Assembly: GCF_006345805.1 (NCBI RefSeq)
Contig: NC_043004.1
Coordinates: 16,120,001-16,184,000 of the forward strand
Direction: 5' to 3'
Length of the DNA stretch: 64,000 bases
DNA from: Octopus sinensis
Taxonomy: Eukaryota
Part shown: piece by piece, positions 40,942-53,548 of the stretch
How positions within the stretch are numbered: position 1 is the stretch's first letter
Layout: each line of letters starts with the position of its first letter
The notes under the pieces: generated by a model
Database searches by the model: none
What the model saw: only the letters and a program-made list of their open reading frames with translations
Told to the model about the DNA's origin: nothing
Made by a program: the position numbers and the translations under genes

Positions 40942-41011
40942 ATATATATATGTGAAACAATGTGGAAAAATAGTACTCAAATACCGGAAGTCCGTAATAT
41001 GCTTTATTAAT

Positions 41012-41416
41012 AGGAGTGGCTGTGTGGTAAGTAGCTTGTTTACCAACCACATGGTTCTGGGTTCAGTCCCACTGCGTGGCACCTTGGGCAGGTGTCTTCT
41101 ACTATAGCCTCGGGCCGACCAAAGCCTTGTGAGTGGATTTGGTAGACGGAAACTGAAAGAAGCATGTCGTATATGTGTATATATATGCGTGTATGTGTTT
41201 GTGTGTCTGTGTTTGCCCCCCTAGCATTGCTTGACAACCGATACTGGTGTGTTTATGTCCCCGTTACTTAGCGGTTCGGCAAAAGAGACCGATAAAATAA
41301 GTACTGGGCTTACAAAAGAATAAGTCCCGGGGTCGAGTTGCTCGATTAAAGGCGGTGCTCCAGCATGGCCGCAGTCAAATGACTGAAACAAGTAAAAGAG
41401 TAAAAGAGTAAAAGAG
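41012..41416 (+). mobile_element. Full-length OK-type SINE
   Basis: Intact head, body and (GTAAAAGA)n tail. Confidence 0.92.
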
Positions 41417-41931
41417 TATATACGACTGTTCCAACAGTTTTTGTCTACTAAAATCTACTCCCAACCGTATTAGTGGTCATTGCTTGGGTTATAGTAAAAG
41501 TTACTAAAGATGCTGTGCAGTGGTACTGAACACAACCTATGCTGCTGAAAAGCAAGCTTCTTAACCATTCACCTTTGAGTATACCTATTTAAAAAAAATA
41601 TATCCTACTTTCAATACCTCTACACTTTTCAATTCGTAAATCGCATAACCGACGCCTTTCTCTCCGCGAATATTTTAACAAAGAGATTTCGTGAACTTTC
41701 AAGAACAAATGATGTTCAACGTGTTCTGAAACAGTAATACAACAGTAATACATTTTATATAATGCAAGTCGTTCAATAGCAAAGGTGAAATAAGATTTAA
41801 TATTTGTAAATCTCCATCATTAAATTTCTTGCAAGTTATAGATTAACAACTTATTGGCGAAACATAATGAAGTGGAAACAATAGAATGCGCACCTGTTCG
41901 TCAACAATTGATATTTTATGTAAGGAAGTGC

Positions 41932-41980
41932 TATTATTATTATTATTATTATTAGTAGTAGTAGTAGTGTAGTAGTAGTA

Positions 41981-42013
<33 letters not shown>
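41932..42013. repeat. (ATT)n-(AGT)n compound microsatellite
   Basis: Direct observation. Confidence 0.9.
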
Positions 42014-42694
42014 ATCATTATTCTCACGATCGTCAGCACATTCTCATTTAAAGGATTTATAGCTATCAAAAGATGAATTGAAAGTCGCGTGATATTTGAT
42101 TAGTGAAGTTAGTGAAATGATTTTCTCAATTGAATGTGATAAAACTTTCGTATTAAAGGCCGGAGGAAGACATCGTAATGTACTAAGCATGCAATAACGC
42201 TAATGCGTTATGCTTCAGTCCAGCTCCAGAATACTCACAGATCAAAAGCTTGTCTCGTTAGCAAGTTCGCCAGGGGAGATGAATTATAAGTTAGAAGTCA
42301 AATTTAATGTTAGACAATTATGTACAATAGTTATATAACGAAAATATGGGTAGGCAATTCTGCAGATATTGACTTCGTTTATTACATTATAAAGAACAAA
42401 ATCTAATTGGGGGAATAAAGTACTTTGATATATTTCCAAGAATGATATATGTGGTGAAATAGTTTCGAACTTACCTTCATGGCTAACAGTTTTACTACGT
42501 GTGTCTGGCTATAAATTTATACCTTAATCATAGTCTGTCGGTGTGTATGCATATACTATAGGCATAGAGACATAGAGATAGAAAAGCAGAGAAAGACAGA
42601 GAGGGAGAAAAATTGAGAGAGATAGAGCGAAGGAGAAATATGGCAAAACATAGATAGATAGATAGATAGATAGAAATAGATATGTATACATATG

Positions 42695-42737
<43 letters not shown>

Positions 42738-42834
42738 TATATATTATATACACATACTTACATACATGAACATATGCATATGTATATATATATATATGTG
42801 TGTGTGTATGCATATGTTCATGTATGTAAGTATG

Positions 42835-42892
<58 letters not shown>

Positions 42893-43072
42893 GCATAAAT
42901 ATATGTATGCATATAAATATGAAAAATTATCAAAAATCACATTATAGGCAAGGACAATGTACTTAAGATTTTCATTGGAAAATGAAACAGCCGTTACGCC
43001 TGTGATTTCCAGTAACAACTTGACATGCAAAAATGTAAGATACACACACAAACACACGCACAACATATAATA

Positions 43073-43116
<44 letters not shown>

Positions 43117-43136
43117 AGAGAGAGAGAGAGAGAGAG

Positions 43137-43240
<104 letters not shown>

Positions 43241-44161
43241 CTTTACTTTTTCAAAGAAATTAGATTCCTTTAATTCAATTAACTGTTATATGAAAGTATG
43301 AGAATCTTCAGACTAGTTTGAAAATTCTAGATTAATGTGAAATAGTTAAAGAAGCAACATTAAACTTATTAACAATCTTTAAAATCCTAGTGAGTGTCTT
43401 TACCCAAACATGAATATATTATACATACACACAAACACATATACACATATATGTAATATTATATGTGTAGACATATATAACTATTTAAGGTATAAATAAT
43501 ATGCAAATATCCATACATTATACATACACACTCACACACATATAAATATATATGTATGTGTGTATAGATATGTATATATAAATACATATATGTGTATGTG
43601 TGTATGTGTGTGTGGTGTATGTGTGTGTGTCTATTCGTGTATTTATAAATGTATGCATGTATATATATAATAAAAAAAAACACTTCTGTCAGTTCTGTTA
43701 GAAGTCTTTTTCATATTAAAGAAAAAACAATTGTGTTTTAGCTAATAGGCAATTTAATGGAAATGCTAGAGAGAATTAATAGAATTAATGGCCAGAAATA
43801 TGACAGAATCGAATACAAAACAGGTCTTAATGAGCTCATAGTGCTAATAATAATCAATATTGATAAACATTCTACTGCATTGAAAAAATTAATGAGTCAT
43901 AACTTTTTTGTAGAACAGCACTACGCTGCGGGGGTGGGGTACAGGAAAATACGCGCCTAAGAATAGAAGTTTAGCATGTACGGTATAATGCATTATCATT
44001 TTCTTTTCAAAATTTTTAGCCGACTTATGAGGATGGGTACTTCAAGTTATTCAAGTACTTCCAAACCAAGTGGGGGTCAATACTGTTGAGAAGTAGATTC
44101 AACGTTCCCTTCTTTATAATCGGGAAAGTTGCCGAGAATTTTGAATTACTGTGTAGATTCG

Positions 44162-44843
44162 ACAAAATATTGTTTTTCGAATTTTGCCGAATGGCCAACA
44201 ACTTTTTAGGGGAGGGGAATTTAACTTCATCCACCCCAGTTTTAAAGTGTGATACTTTTATAATCCACCCCGAAACGATGAAAGACAATGTTGACCTCGG
44301 CAAAATTTGATCTCAGAACGTAAAGATGGATGAAATGCCGCTAAGCATTTCTCTCGGCGTGATAACGATTCTGCCTTAGATTCCACAAAATATTAGTCTC
44401 AAATTCTGGCGCAAGGACCGCAATTTTGAGGGAGGGGTAAATTAAATATATCAACAGCAGTGTTCAACTTGTACTTATTTTAACGAGCCCGAAAGAATGA
44501 AAAGTAAAGTTAACCGCGGGAGAATTTGAACTCAGAACGTAAAGACGGACGAAAAGTCGCTAATCATTTTGCCCGACGTGCTAACGACTCTCCCAGCTCA
44601 CCGCCTTATATTCAACAAAATATTCGTTTCAAATTTTGGCACAAAGCCAGCAATTTCGCGGAAGGGACTAATCGATTACATCAACCACAGAGTTCAACTG
44701 GTACTTATTTTATCGACTCCGAAAGGATGAAATGCAAAGTCAACCTCAGCAGAATTTGAACTCAGAATGTAAAGACGGACGAAATGCCGCTAATCTTTTT
44801 TCCCGGCATGCTTATGATTCTGCCAGTTTGTCGACAAAATATT
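44162..44843 (-). mobile_element. Three stacked CORE/OR-type SINE copies separated by a repeated target motif
   Basis: Three diverged bodies (CCGAAA(G/C)GATGAAA...ATTTGA(A/T)CTCAGAACGTAAAGA) with ACAAAATATT at 44162, 44385, 44615 and 44834. Confidence 0.85.
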
Positions 44844-45050
44844 AATATCGGTTTTGTTTAAGAAAAGCGTTTGTGATACATGTCTAACAAGTGAAACATT
44901 TTTTAAAAATCAAAAGATGTGCGTACTAAATTAATTGATAAACTGTAATTGCAATTGTGCTGTTCAATGAATTTTAATTGGGGATATCAAGGAAGTAGTC
45001 CGAGTGTTTGTACGGAAATTGCATGACTTTCTATGCAAGGTGTTCTTGTA

Positions 45051-45612
45051 CTGGGTTGTCCGGAAAATTCGTACCGATTTATAGTAGCTTACCTTTCGAC
45101 ATATTTTAGAACATGGTTGAGTCCATAAAATAGGATTTGACTACTCCATTTAGAGCACAGTTTAAGCTATCTATTTGTGGAAAGAGGTTTATGTTCTTAT
45201 AACCTGTGTTAATTCTGTAACCTTTTAAAATGGAAGATAAGAAAGTTCATTTTCGGCACTTGATGCTTTGGGAACCTGACAAAATTGCTGCAGCTCGGCT
45301 GGGATGTATTACTTCACCCTCCATCTTCACCAGATATTGCTTCTTCGGATTTCCACTTATTCAGGTCTCTGCAGAATAGTCTTAATGGTAAAAAGTTCAA
45401 TTCCTTGGATGACGTAAAAAGATACCTTGATGAATTCTTTGCTATGAACCCACCTCACTTCTGGGAAGATGGTATTTTCAAGTTAAAGGAAAGATGGAGA
45501 CGCATTGTGCAACAAAATGGTTCATATTTGGTTGATTAAACATGCAATGGCAAGTATTTATTGACCTTTTTCTTTCCTTTAAAAATCGGCATGAACTTTC
45601 CGGACAACCCAA
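45051..45612 (+). mobile_element. Internally deleted mariner (562 bp)
   Basis: TIRs CTGGGTTGTCCGGAAAATTCGTACCGATTT / AAATCGGCATGAACTTTCCGGACAACCCAA, TA on both sides; MEDKKVHFRHLMLWE (45230) joined to LLQLGWDVLLHPPSSPDIASSDFHLFRSL...D*. Confidence 0.93.
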
Positions 45613-47129
45613 TAGAGTGTAGATTTTGATATATCTGATATATGCATATATAGCTATCGAACTAGTGACTGGCCTTCATTGGAATAAACGGAAATGTATT
45701 TGTGTGTGGAACCAAATGGAAACCATCTGTGTACATTTAAATAGAATTTTTTTTAAATATAAATTTGAATATATCAGAGATTATTTAAAACAAAATGAAT
45801 GAATGGTCTTGCACCTACCTAGCAAAACAGGGACCAGTTTTAGTCTGTACTGACTTCTGTAGGCTACTGTATGTAAGACTTAAGGATTCCAATCGGTTAG
45901 AGCAATTTTTTAAAAATATTATATTGATATTGCAGGAAAGTAGAAATAAATGCAATGAAATCTCCAGGGTTAAAACAAAAAGCTAAAATAAAGTCATAAT
46001 ATTTTCAGAAATAAGTTGGGAAATTGTTGATAATTGCTGATAATAATATCATTATTATTATTTTATTTTCTCATTGTTTGAGGAATACATTGAATGCTCC
46101 CTATTTTGAAGCGGGATTAGAAATCTCCTCGTGAATATGCATATAAATAAGTGCTCAAAATCAACAAGTAGGATAACCTCGAATGTTAATATCCAAGAGT
46201 AAAGAAAAGAAAATGTTCAATAGAATATCTACACTCAGGGTAACATGAACGTTCAGCTTTAACAAATAAGTTTACAATCAAGGTAAAGTACAGAGTGATT
46301 AGATGTTATATGAAAATATTGTAACCATATTTAGAGATCGTAGTAACACTATTTAGTGAAGTATTCCTAACTGCATCATGACAAGTAATTTATCAATGGC
46401 ATTATAAAAACAGTTGCCTGTCACTGCAGTTGTTCCCATTGATAAACACAGTACTTAAGTTCCATAGGGTAATTAATTCAATAGCACGGCCGCTGTAATT
46501 TCTAAGGTTTTCAGTTATCTTCTCCACATCATTATAGGTATTTAATATCTTTATGTCGATAATTAATACATTGTTGTCAAATTCTCCCATGAAGATTGAT
46601 GTCAGGCATTTAGCCGCGTCATCGATATCCATATATAATTCTAGTTGATATGTTACAGACAAATGACCAACGAAAATCTGTTTGTTTTCGTCCTACTTTC
46701 GCTTGAATCCGCTCAAATGCGAATCTATAATTACATAGAATGACAAGAGAACGCAAGAAACTGCACAGCTCAGATAAAATATTAACTATTTCTCGTTATT
46801 ATTTTGTTTGTTAGTGATTAATTGTTTCAGCAATTCAAATATTTGAGGATGGATTTAGCCGCGATATCCATATCAACAAATATTTTTGCGCATGCGTTTT
46901 AGGCAAACTAATAACGACAATGGATTGGAATACTCGGCAGGGCATCAGCCAAAATGCCTCGCAGTATATTTTCCAGCAGTATATGTTCAGAGTTCAAACC
47001 CTACTGACATCGAAGATATTATGAAGTATTAGTCACAGATTGGAATCGATATTAACAGCCAAAGCCTTTCCTTCTTTAATTCGGTCTGTGCGATCTTCAC
47101 GGATGATAGTGAATTTTTTTTTTTTTTCA

Positions 47130-47990
47130 CCCCGGCATTCATGTGAGTACTGTTTATGTGTGGATTCTGTATGGATAAAGAAAGGGATCAGTGTACCGTT
47201 TCGGTAAGTCAATTCTCTGTGTACGGGATCTTCTATTTCAAGTCAGTCAGTAATGAGTTCATGCCACGTACATTTAGCAGGAATGTCGATGCAAGAGCAG
47301 TTTGTTGCTTGTATTTTTCTGAGTGCCTAGTCTTATGCGTTATGTTGCTCAGACGTAGCAGTGAGGGTAGGTTGTGTATGGAGCTCTGTGTGTGGAGTGA
47401 TGTTCTAGTTGATGGTGGGTGTGTGTTTCTTGTGTTTTCCATATATGGCTGCTGATAGCTCTTTGGATCTCTCGACTTAGGTCGGTCTTCATATTTTCTC
47501 GCTAGGTTAGTAAAAAGAGCCACCTATTTGGTTTGCCACTTGGATAGATGATGCATTGTTCATGTTTATGATATTTGGTGTTATGGTTTTACCACAGTTC
47601 TGTCTTCATTGTTTGGTTTTAGGAGGTGGACTGTGGTTGTATTTTTGTTTTTTTTGTTATTATTGCACTCATCTGTGGCTGTTTATTTTTAGTTTTCATT
47701 TGTCTTGTGCCCTTCACATAGTGGAAATTGCATTCTAGGTTCAGGCACATCCTGAGTGACAGAGAATTTTAGCACAGTTTATTATGGAAGAAGGTTCACC
47801 CGTTGTGCATCCATTTTGTGGATCAGGGCTACGGACTTTATATTTAGGTCAGTATTACGAGTGAAGGTGAGGACAGTTTTTCCTGTTATACCATATGGAC
47901 AGCTGCCTTAACAAGTCTACGGCATAAGGTATGATGGAAGAAAGGGCAGCGTTACTTGCTGCGGCCAAATCTACAGTTACCTTGAGAATG
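47130..47990 (-). pseudogene. Decayed PLE RT C-terminus/linker/endonuclease relic
   Basis: PSSII, TNLARKY...DPKSY...NTRNT (cf. TNIGKEFL...FNRRT at 56.4 kb), RHSEKYKQQTAL; many frameshifts. Confidence 0.45.
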
Positions 47991-48019
47991 GTAACGACAG
48001 GATTTTTGACGTGGGCATA

Positions 48020-49245
48020 GAAAAAGTTTTGGATCTTTTCATTTTGATGGACGGAATTTTCTAGTTAACTAAACAATTTGAAACTTCGTATACTGGTAGA
48101 ATGTGCCAAAAGAAAACATTATTGTAAACAAAATTGAAAACAAATTTGTAAGTTTAACGTAGTTTAATTCTTTGAATTTTAACCAATGAAATACAGCATT
48201 TGAGCTCAAATCATTTGCTGCGTCTAAAAACTCACACACACACGTCTTATTCATCCTTCTCTCTTCTGTCTTCTGTCTTCTGCATGTGCTAGAAATAACA
48301 GTTATATCTCTTAAATCGATGAATTTCGTCGCCCAATAAAAATATTAACGATATTTTTTCAATATTTACTTTATTTTTGTTTTTTACCGAAAAGGCTTCG
48401 CCCATGGTTTTCAAGGGCCAGAAACAATAATATGCCTAAATCGGTCTAGAGTAGGATATGAGGGTACGCGTGGAGTGTGGGTCGTATTGTAAAAATTTGC
48501 GAAATATTTTTTCATAAAAGGATACCCCAGCTTGTCGGAGGCTGTGATATAAATTGGGAAAAAAATCCTCGACACCAGTGCGTAATTGGTACTTAATTTA
48601 TCGACCCCGAAACGATGAAACATTGACCGCCCGCCTTCTGGTTTATTTACCTTTTGTGTAAATTTGTTGCAGCAAGGGCAAAACACAGAGGGGACAAAGC
48701 ATGAGAGACAAAAGTATTAAGTCGATTCTATCGACACCAGTGCGAACACACGAACGTGTATGTATGCTTGCGTGCGTATGTATGTGTATGTATATCTCCG
48801 TTTGTATGTGTGTGTACGCTTATATATTAATTACTATGTGCTTGTGCAAATGTATATGCATGTGTTTGAAAGAGAGAGAGAGAGAGAGATAGTGACAGAG
48901 AGAGTGTGTGTGTGTGTGGGTGTGTGTGTGTGTGGGTGTGTGTGTGTGTGGGTGGGTGTGTGTGTGGGTGTGTGTGTGTGTGGGTGTGTGTGTGTGTGGG
49001 TGTGTGTGTGCAAGTGTACGTGTGTATGTATCTCAATATATGTGTGTGTGTGTGTATGCGGCGTGCGTCTGCTATGTTTCTTTATCAAGAATTATACTAC
49101 GTTAAACTTACAAATTACAATTTTGTTTTCAATTTTGTTTACAATAATGTTTTCTTTTGACACATTCTACCAGTATACGAAGTTTCAAATTTTTTAGTTA
49201 ACTAGAAAATTCCGTCCATCAAAAGGAAAAGATCCAAAGTTTTTC
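48020..49245. repeat. Pair of about 155-bp inverted repeats (48020-48172, 49085-49245)
   Basis: GGATCTTTTC...GATGGACGGAATTTTCTAGTTAACTA...GTTTAACGTAG matches the reverse complement at 49085-49245. Confidence 0.85.
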
Positions 49246-49281
49246 TATATTGGCAAGCTCATATTGTAGTAGCAGTAGAAA

Positions 49282-49589
49282 ACTATTGTTATTGTTAAAG
49301 CGGTAGTGAATCCTTGCTTGCAACAGCAGAGCTGGGTAGAATTATTTCAGATGGTGATACCAAAGATGATGATTCCAATTCAGTAGCAGTAGCCGTCTGT
49401 TGCTGCTGCGTTAGTGAATCCTGGCAGGCCAGAGAAGACTATTGTTATTGTTAAAGCGGTAGTGAATCCTTGCTTGCAACAGCAGAGCTGGGTAGAATTA
49501 TTTCAGATGGTGATACCAAAGATGAGATTCCAATTCAGTAGCAGTAGCCGTCTGTTGCTGCTGCGTTAGTGAATCCTGGCAGGCCAGAG
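49282..49589. repeat. Near-identical tandem duplication of about 153 bp
   Basis: 49282-49434 vs 49438-49589; only a 1-nt indel seen by eye. Confidence 0.92.
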
Positions 49590-50075
49590 TAGTATTAGGT
49601 GGAATTAGGTCAGATAGCGATACCACAAGGAATGTTGTTTGCTGCTACCTAACGGGTCGGCGAGGTGACCCCTGACCTGTTTGCATTGGGTCAGTTGGTG
49701 CACAACATCCATTGACAGTATAGCCTCTATTACCATGTGCGTGTGTACGACATGAAATGGTCTTGTAATTCCTTTTATTTTGATCTCGATTTGTTTTATC
49801 GATCTGTAAAAGGACTATGATGCTAAATTTACCGAACGATTTTATGGTGATTTAACGAACGCATTAGTTTTTAAACTATCGTTATGATGAGCGTACCAAG
49901 TCTTTATCAGTGCACTAATTTCGTTTTCTACCCGGTGGCGTTTTAGAATATTATTAGCCATATTCAGTGGATTGAACAATGCTATACACTGTACGTTAGA
50001 TATCTCTGATTTGCGGTATGATTGTGAAAGGTATGCCTTGTCACGACGAAAGCACGGCTATATATATTCATTAAA

Positions 50076-50419
50076 TTGTTTCAATCATTTGATTGCGGCC
50101 ATACTGGAGCACCGCCTTTAATCGAACAAATCGACCGCAGGACTTATTCTATCGGTTTATTTTGCCGAGTTGCGGGGACGTAAACACACCAACATCGGTT
50201 GTCAAGAGATGATGGTGGGACAAACACAGACACACAAACATGTACATATATATATACGACGGGCTTCTTTCAGATTCCGTCAACCAAATCCACTCACAAG
50301 GCTTTGGTCGGCCCGGGGCTATAGTAGAAGACACTTGCCCAAGGTGTCACGCATTAGGACTGAACACGGGACCATGTGCTTTGTTAGCAAGCTACTTATC
50401 ACAAACCCACTCCTGCACC

Positions 50420-50423
<4 letters not shown>
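50076..50423 (-). mobile_element. OK-type SINE (small deletions)
   Basis: Reverse-complement match to consensus. Confidence 0.85.
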
Positions 50424-50462
<39 letters not shown>

Positions 50463-50575
50463 TATATATATAATATATAAAGGGATGGTATTATTAAAAT
50501 GCCATCACGTGTGGCAAACGAGTTTATCATCCGTACAGGCAAATTAATAATATATATATATACAAATAAGATATT

Positions 50576-50998
50576 GGCTGTGTGGTAAGTAGCTTGCTAA
50601 CCAACCTCATGGTTCCGGGTTCAGTCCCACTGCGTGGCATCTTGGGAAAGTGTATTCTGCTATAGCCCCGGGCCGACCAATGCCTTGTGAGTGGATTTGG
50701 TAGACGCAAACTGAAAGAAGCCTGTCGTATATATGTATACATATATACATGTATGTGTGTGTATGTGTTTGTGTGTATGTGTTTGTGTGTCTGTGTTTGT
50801 CTCCCTAGCATTGCTTGACAACCGATGCTGGTGTGTTTACGTCCCCGTCACTTAGCGGTTCGGCAAAAGAGACCGATAGAATAAGTACTGGGCTTACAAA
50901 GAATAAGTCCCGGGGTCGATTTGCTCGACTGAAGGCGGTGCTCCAGCATGGCCGCAGTCAAATGACTGAAACAAGTAAAATAGTAAAAGAGTAAAAGA
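50576..50998 (+). mobile_element. OK-type SINE, near full length
   Basis: Match to consensus. Confidence 0.9.
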
Positions 50999-52555
50999 TA
51001 TATATATATATATTAATAAAACAAATGTTTCTGTAACAACCAACGCGAAACCAAAACTAGTCTACTGGTCCCGTTGCTCGAAGGTGGTAAGGGTTCCCTC
51101 TCCTGCTCATAATTTATGGGATGTAGCTGTGCATCGCTAACCAGCTAGTGATGTCCTCTTCGGGTTAAAAAATCGCAGTAGAGTCCGTTCGAACGGACAG
51201 CCACGAATATTACTAATGCATATGTAATAAATCGAGTAGACATGTCGTAAAACAAAATAGACAATATTCCATCTTTGGAAAGGATATGTCACCATTTTCA
51301 CAAGCTTCAGCATCTTCGTTAGGGGAGGACATTGCAAACATGAAAGAGCTTTTTTTAAAAAAATGAATTGAGATACTTAATCTGCTCAAAAGACTACAGA
51401 AATAGCTCATGAAATAGCTTGTGAAATAGCTCATGGTCGCACAAATAGACTTGTGATTATATAATTTTCAGACTGAGTGCCGATGGGAAGTGACCATGCT
51501 AACATTGTAATGTTAACCCAACGTATCACATACAGGTTTAACACTCACAAACATACACGAAATGCATCTTCCCAAAAGTGTCCACGATTTCACCAACATT
51601 CCAAAACGTACATTAAAGCAAAATAATTGCTCAGAATGCATAATTTCACGTACAAACTGCAACACAAAACCAAAATCTACCTTCTAATCAAATGATATCG
51701 ATTCACAACAATACAATTCTAACCACCATTACAGCGACAGGAACGTGAATAATTAAACTTTATTGTTTAATAGTATTCATTGATAAATGTGTAGTGTATT
51801 AGGGAAAAACTGCCTTATGAATATAGCGGCTGTAGCTGGCGAAATAATATAAACATCAAAAGATAAACACTTTCAAAAAGGAAGGCACCTAACAATTATT
51901 ATTAATACTATTATTATACGCTGTATGAATGCACTTTAGTTCGAAATAGCAATAACACACATTCCAACCAATTATAAACCATATTCTCTTTAGAATGAAT
52001 AAATACGTACATAAATTACATATTTTCTTGCAAATAACATACCGACATCTACATCAATTATTAATTTTACGAAATACCAATGTACATTGCGAAAAATTGC
52101 TCAAAAACGTACTGCCATAAATGCTATCGTTATTACATATTCTATCAAATGTTTAGTGAAGAATATGCATCACGCTCACAAACATTGTTTCTTTCGTTAT
52201 GGAATATTCTGTACTACACAAGAGGAAAAAGAATCGATTCACAAATTACCGTTGCTAAACATAACAGTTTATAACGAAAATTAGAGCCCAAACTAAGCTG
52301 TGGTGTAATAAACTAAATAGGACTGGATAACACTGAAAATGATACTTCGATACGTTTAAACCACTACGAACACAGCAGCAGTCACGAACAAAAACGTATG
52401 TAATAGTCCAGTATAAGGATGACTGTGACACTAAAGATTCAGTAAACACACACACACACACACACAAACACACATACACACACACACACACACACCACAC
52501 ACACACACAAACACACATACACACATACACACACACACACACACACACATATATA

Positions 52556-52866
52556 TGGAGGCGCAATCGCCCAGTGGTTAGGGCAGCGAACTCGCGGTCG
52601 TAGGATCCCGGTTTCGATTCCCAGACCGGGCGTTGTGAGTGTTTATTGAGCGAAAACACCTAAAGCTCCACGAGGCTCCGGCAGGGGGTGGTGGCGATCC
52701 CTGCTGTACTCTTTCGCCACAACTTTCTCTCACTCTTTCTTCTGTGGCCTGCTCGCTTAGCCAGCGGGGTGGCGTCATTTGAAGGCTAAAACAATGCGAA
52801 GCGCATTGTGACCAGCGATGTGTTGCAACATCTGATAGCCTGGTCGGTCATGGTGATCACGGTGAT
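52556..52866 (+). mobile_element. tRNA-derived SINE (third family), young-looking
   Basis: GGAGGCGCAATCGCCCAGTGGTTAGGGCAG (A box) ... GGTTTCGATTCC (B box); CpG-rich body; (GTGATCAC)-like tail into TA. Confidence 0.85.
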
Positions 52867-53080
52867 ATATATAATTAAATTATATATATATAATTAAATT
52901 GTAAGACTAAGGCTACAAGAAGTAGTTCCCCATTGTGGCTATAAATGTCTCGATATATATCAAGAAGAGAGAGGAACGCATGTACAGACCGGCAAAGTAA
53001 GCTTGATAAAAAATACAATAACTAAATATCACGTCACGTAAAAACAATACATAGAATACACACACACAACACACACACAC

Positions 53081-53117
<37 letters not shown>

Positions 53118-53169
53118 AATATGCGCGTGTGTGTGTGCGTGTGTGTATGTACAAGTGTGTATACGTTCC

Positions 53170-53548
53170 TGGGTATCCTGTACCCATACATGGATGTATA
53201 TAAAAATAAGTGTATGTACATATATATGTGGATGTATGCATATAAATTTATATATTATTTATATTATTGTATGATTGAACGTCACGCATCCATTTCCAAG
53301 TAAGTTCTATCTTAATAGTTCCGTTGCGACGTGTCCTATCTCTTTCTGTTTCTTTTCCTCCCTGCTTTCGCTTCTTTTCTTAAATGGAACAAATATAGTA
53401 TTATTGGACGCTCAGGAAAGAAGGAAAGAAGGAAGGTTTAACTTTCGAGCGGAGCTCTTCGGCGGAAACATAGGAGAAGGAAAAATCCAGAGAAGGGAAA
53501 ACAGAGGAAAAAAGTCGCCAACGGTACACACGTGACCACATATATATA
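53170..53548 (-). mobile_element. PLE terminal fragment with hammerhead-like motif
   Basis: Shares motifs with the 36-37 kb and 60.7 kb pieces; ends in TA. Confidence 0.55.
53436..53469 (-). ncRNA. Degenerate minimal hammerhead-like motif
   Basis: GTTT-CCGCCGA-A-GAGC(TCC)GCTC-GAAA-GTT-AAAC; core and helix III mutated. Confidence 0.5.

Noticed and set aside
40517-41107. 196-aa ORF as a gene
   Set aside because: Chance frame across an old SINE relic, a TA tract, a PLE end and a SINE head.
44162-44843. Repeat-spacer pattern as CRISPR
   Set aside because: Repeats are 10-18 bp and the inserts are about 210-bp homologous SINE copies.
52556-52630. tRNA gene calls at SINE heads (also 30720-30791 and OK-type heads)
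   Set aside because: A and B boxes are present but continue into SINE bodies and tails; no full cloverleaf established.
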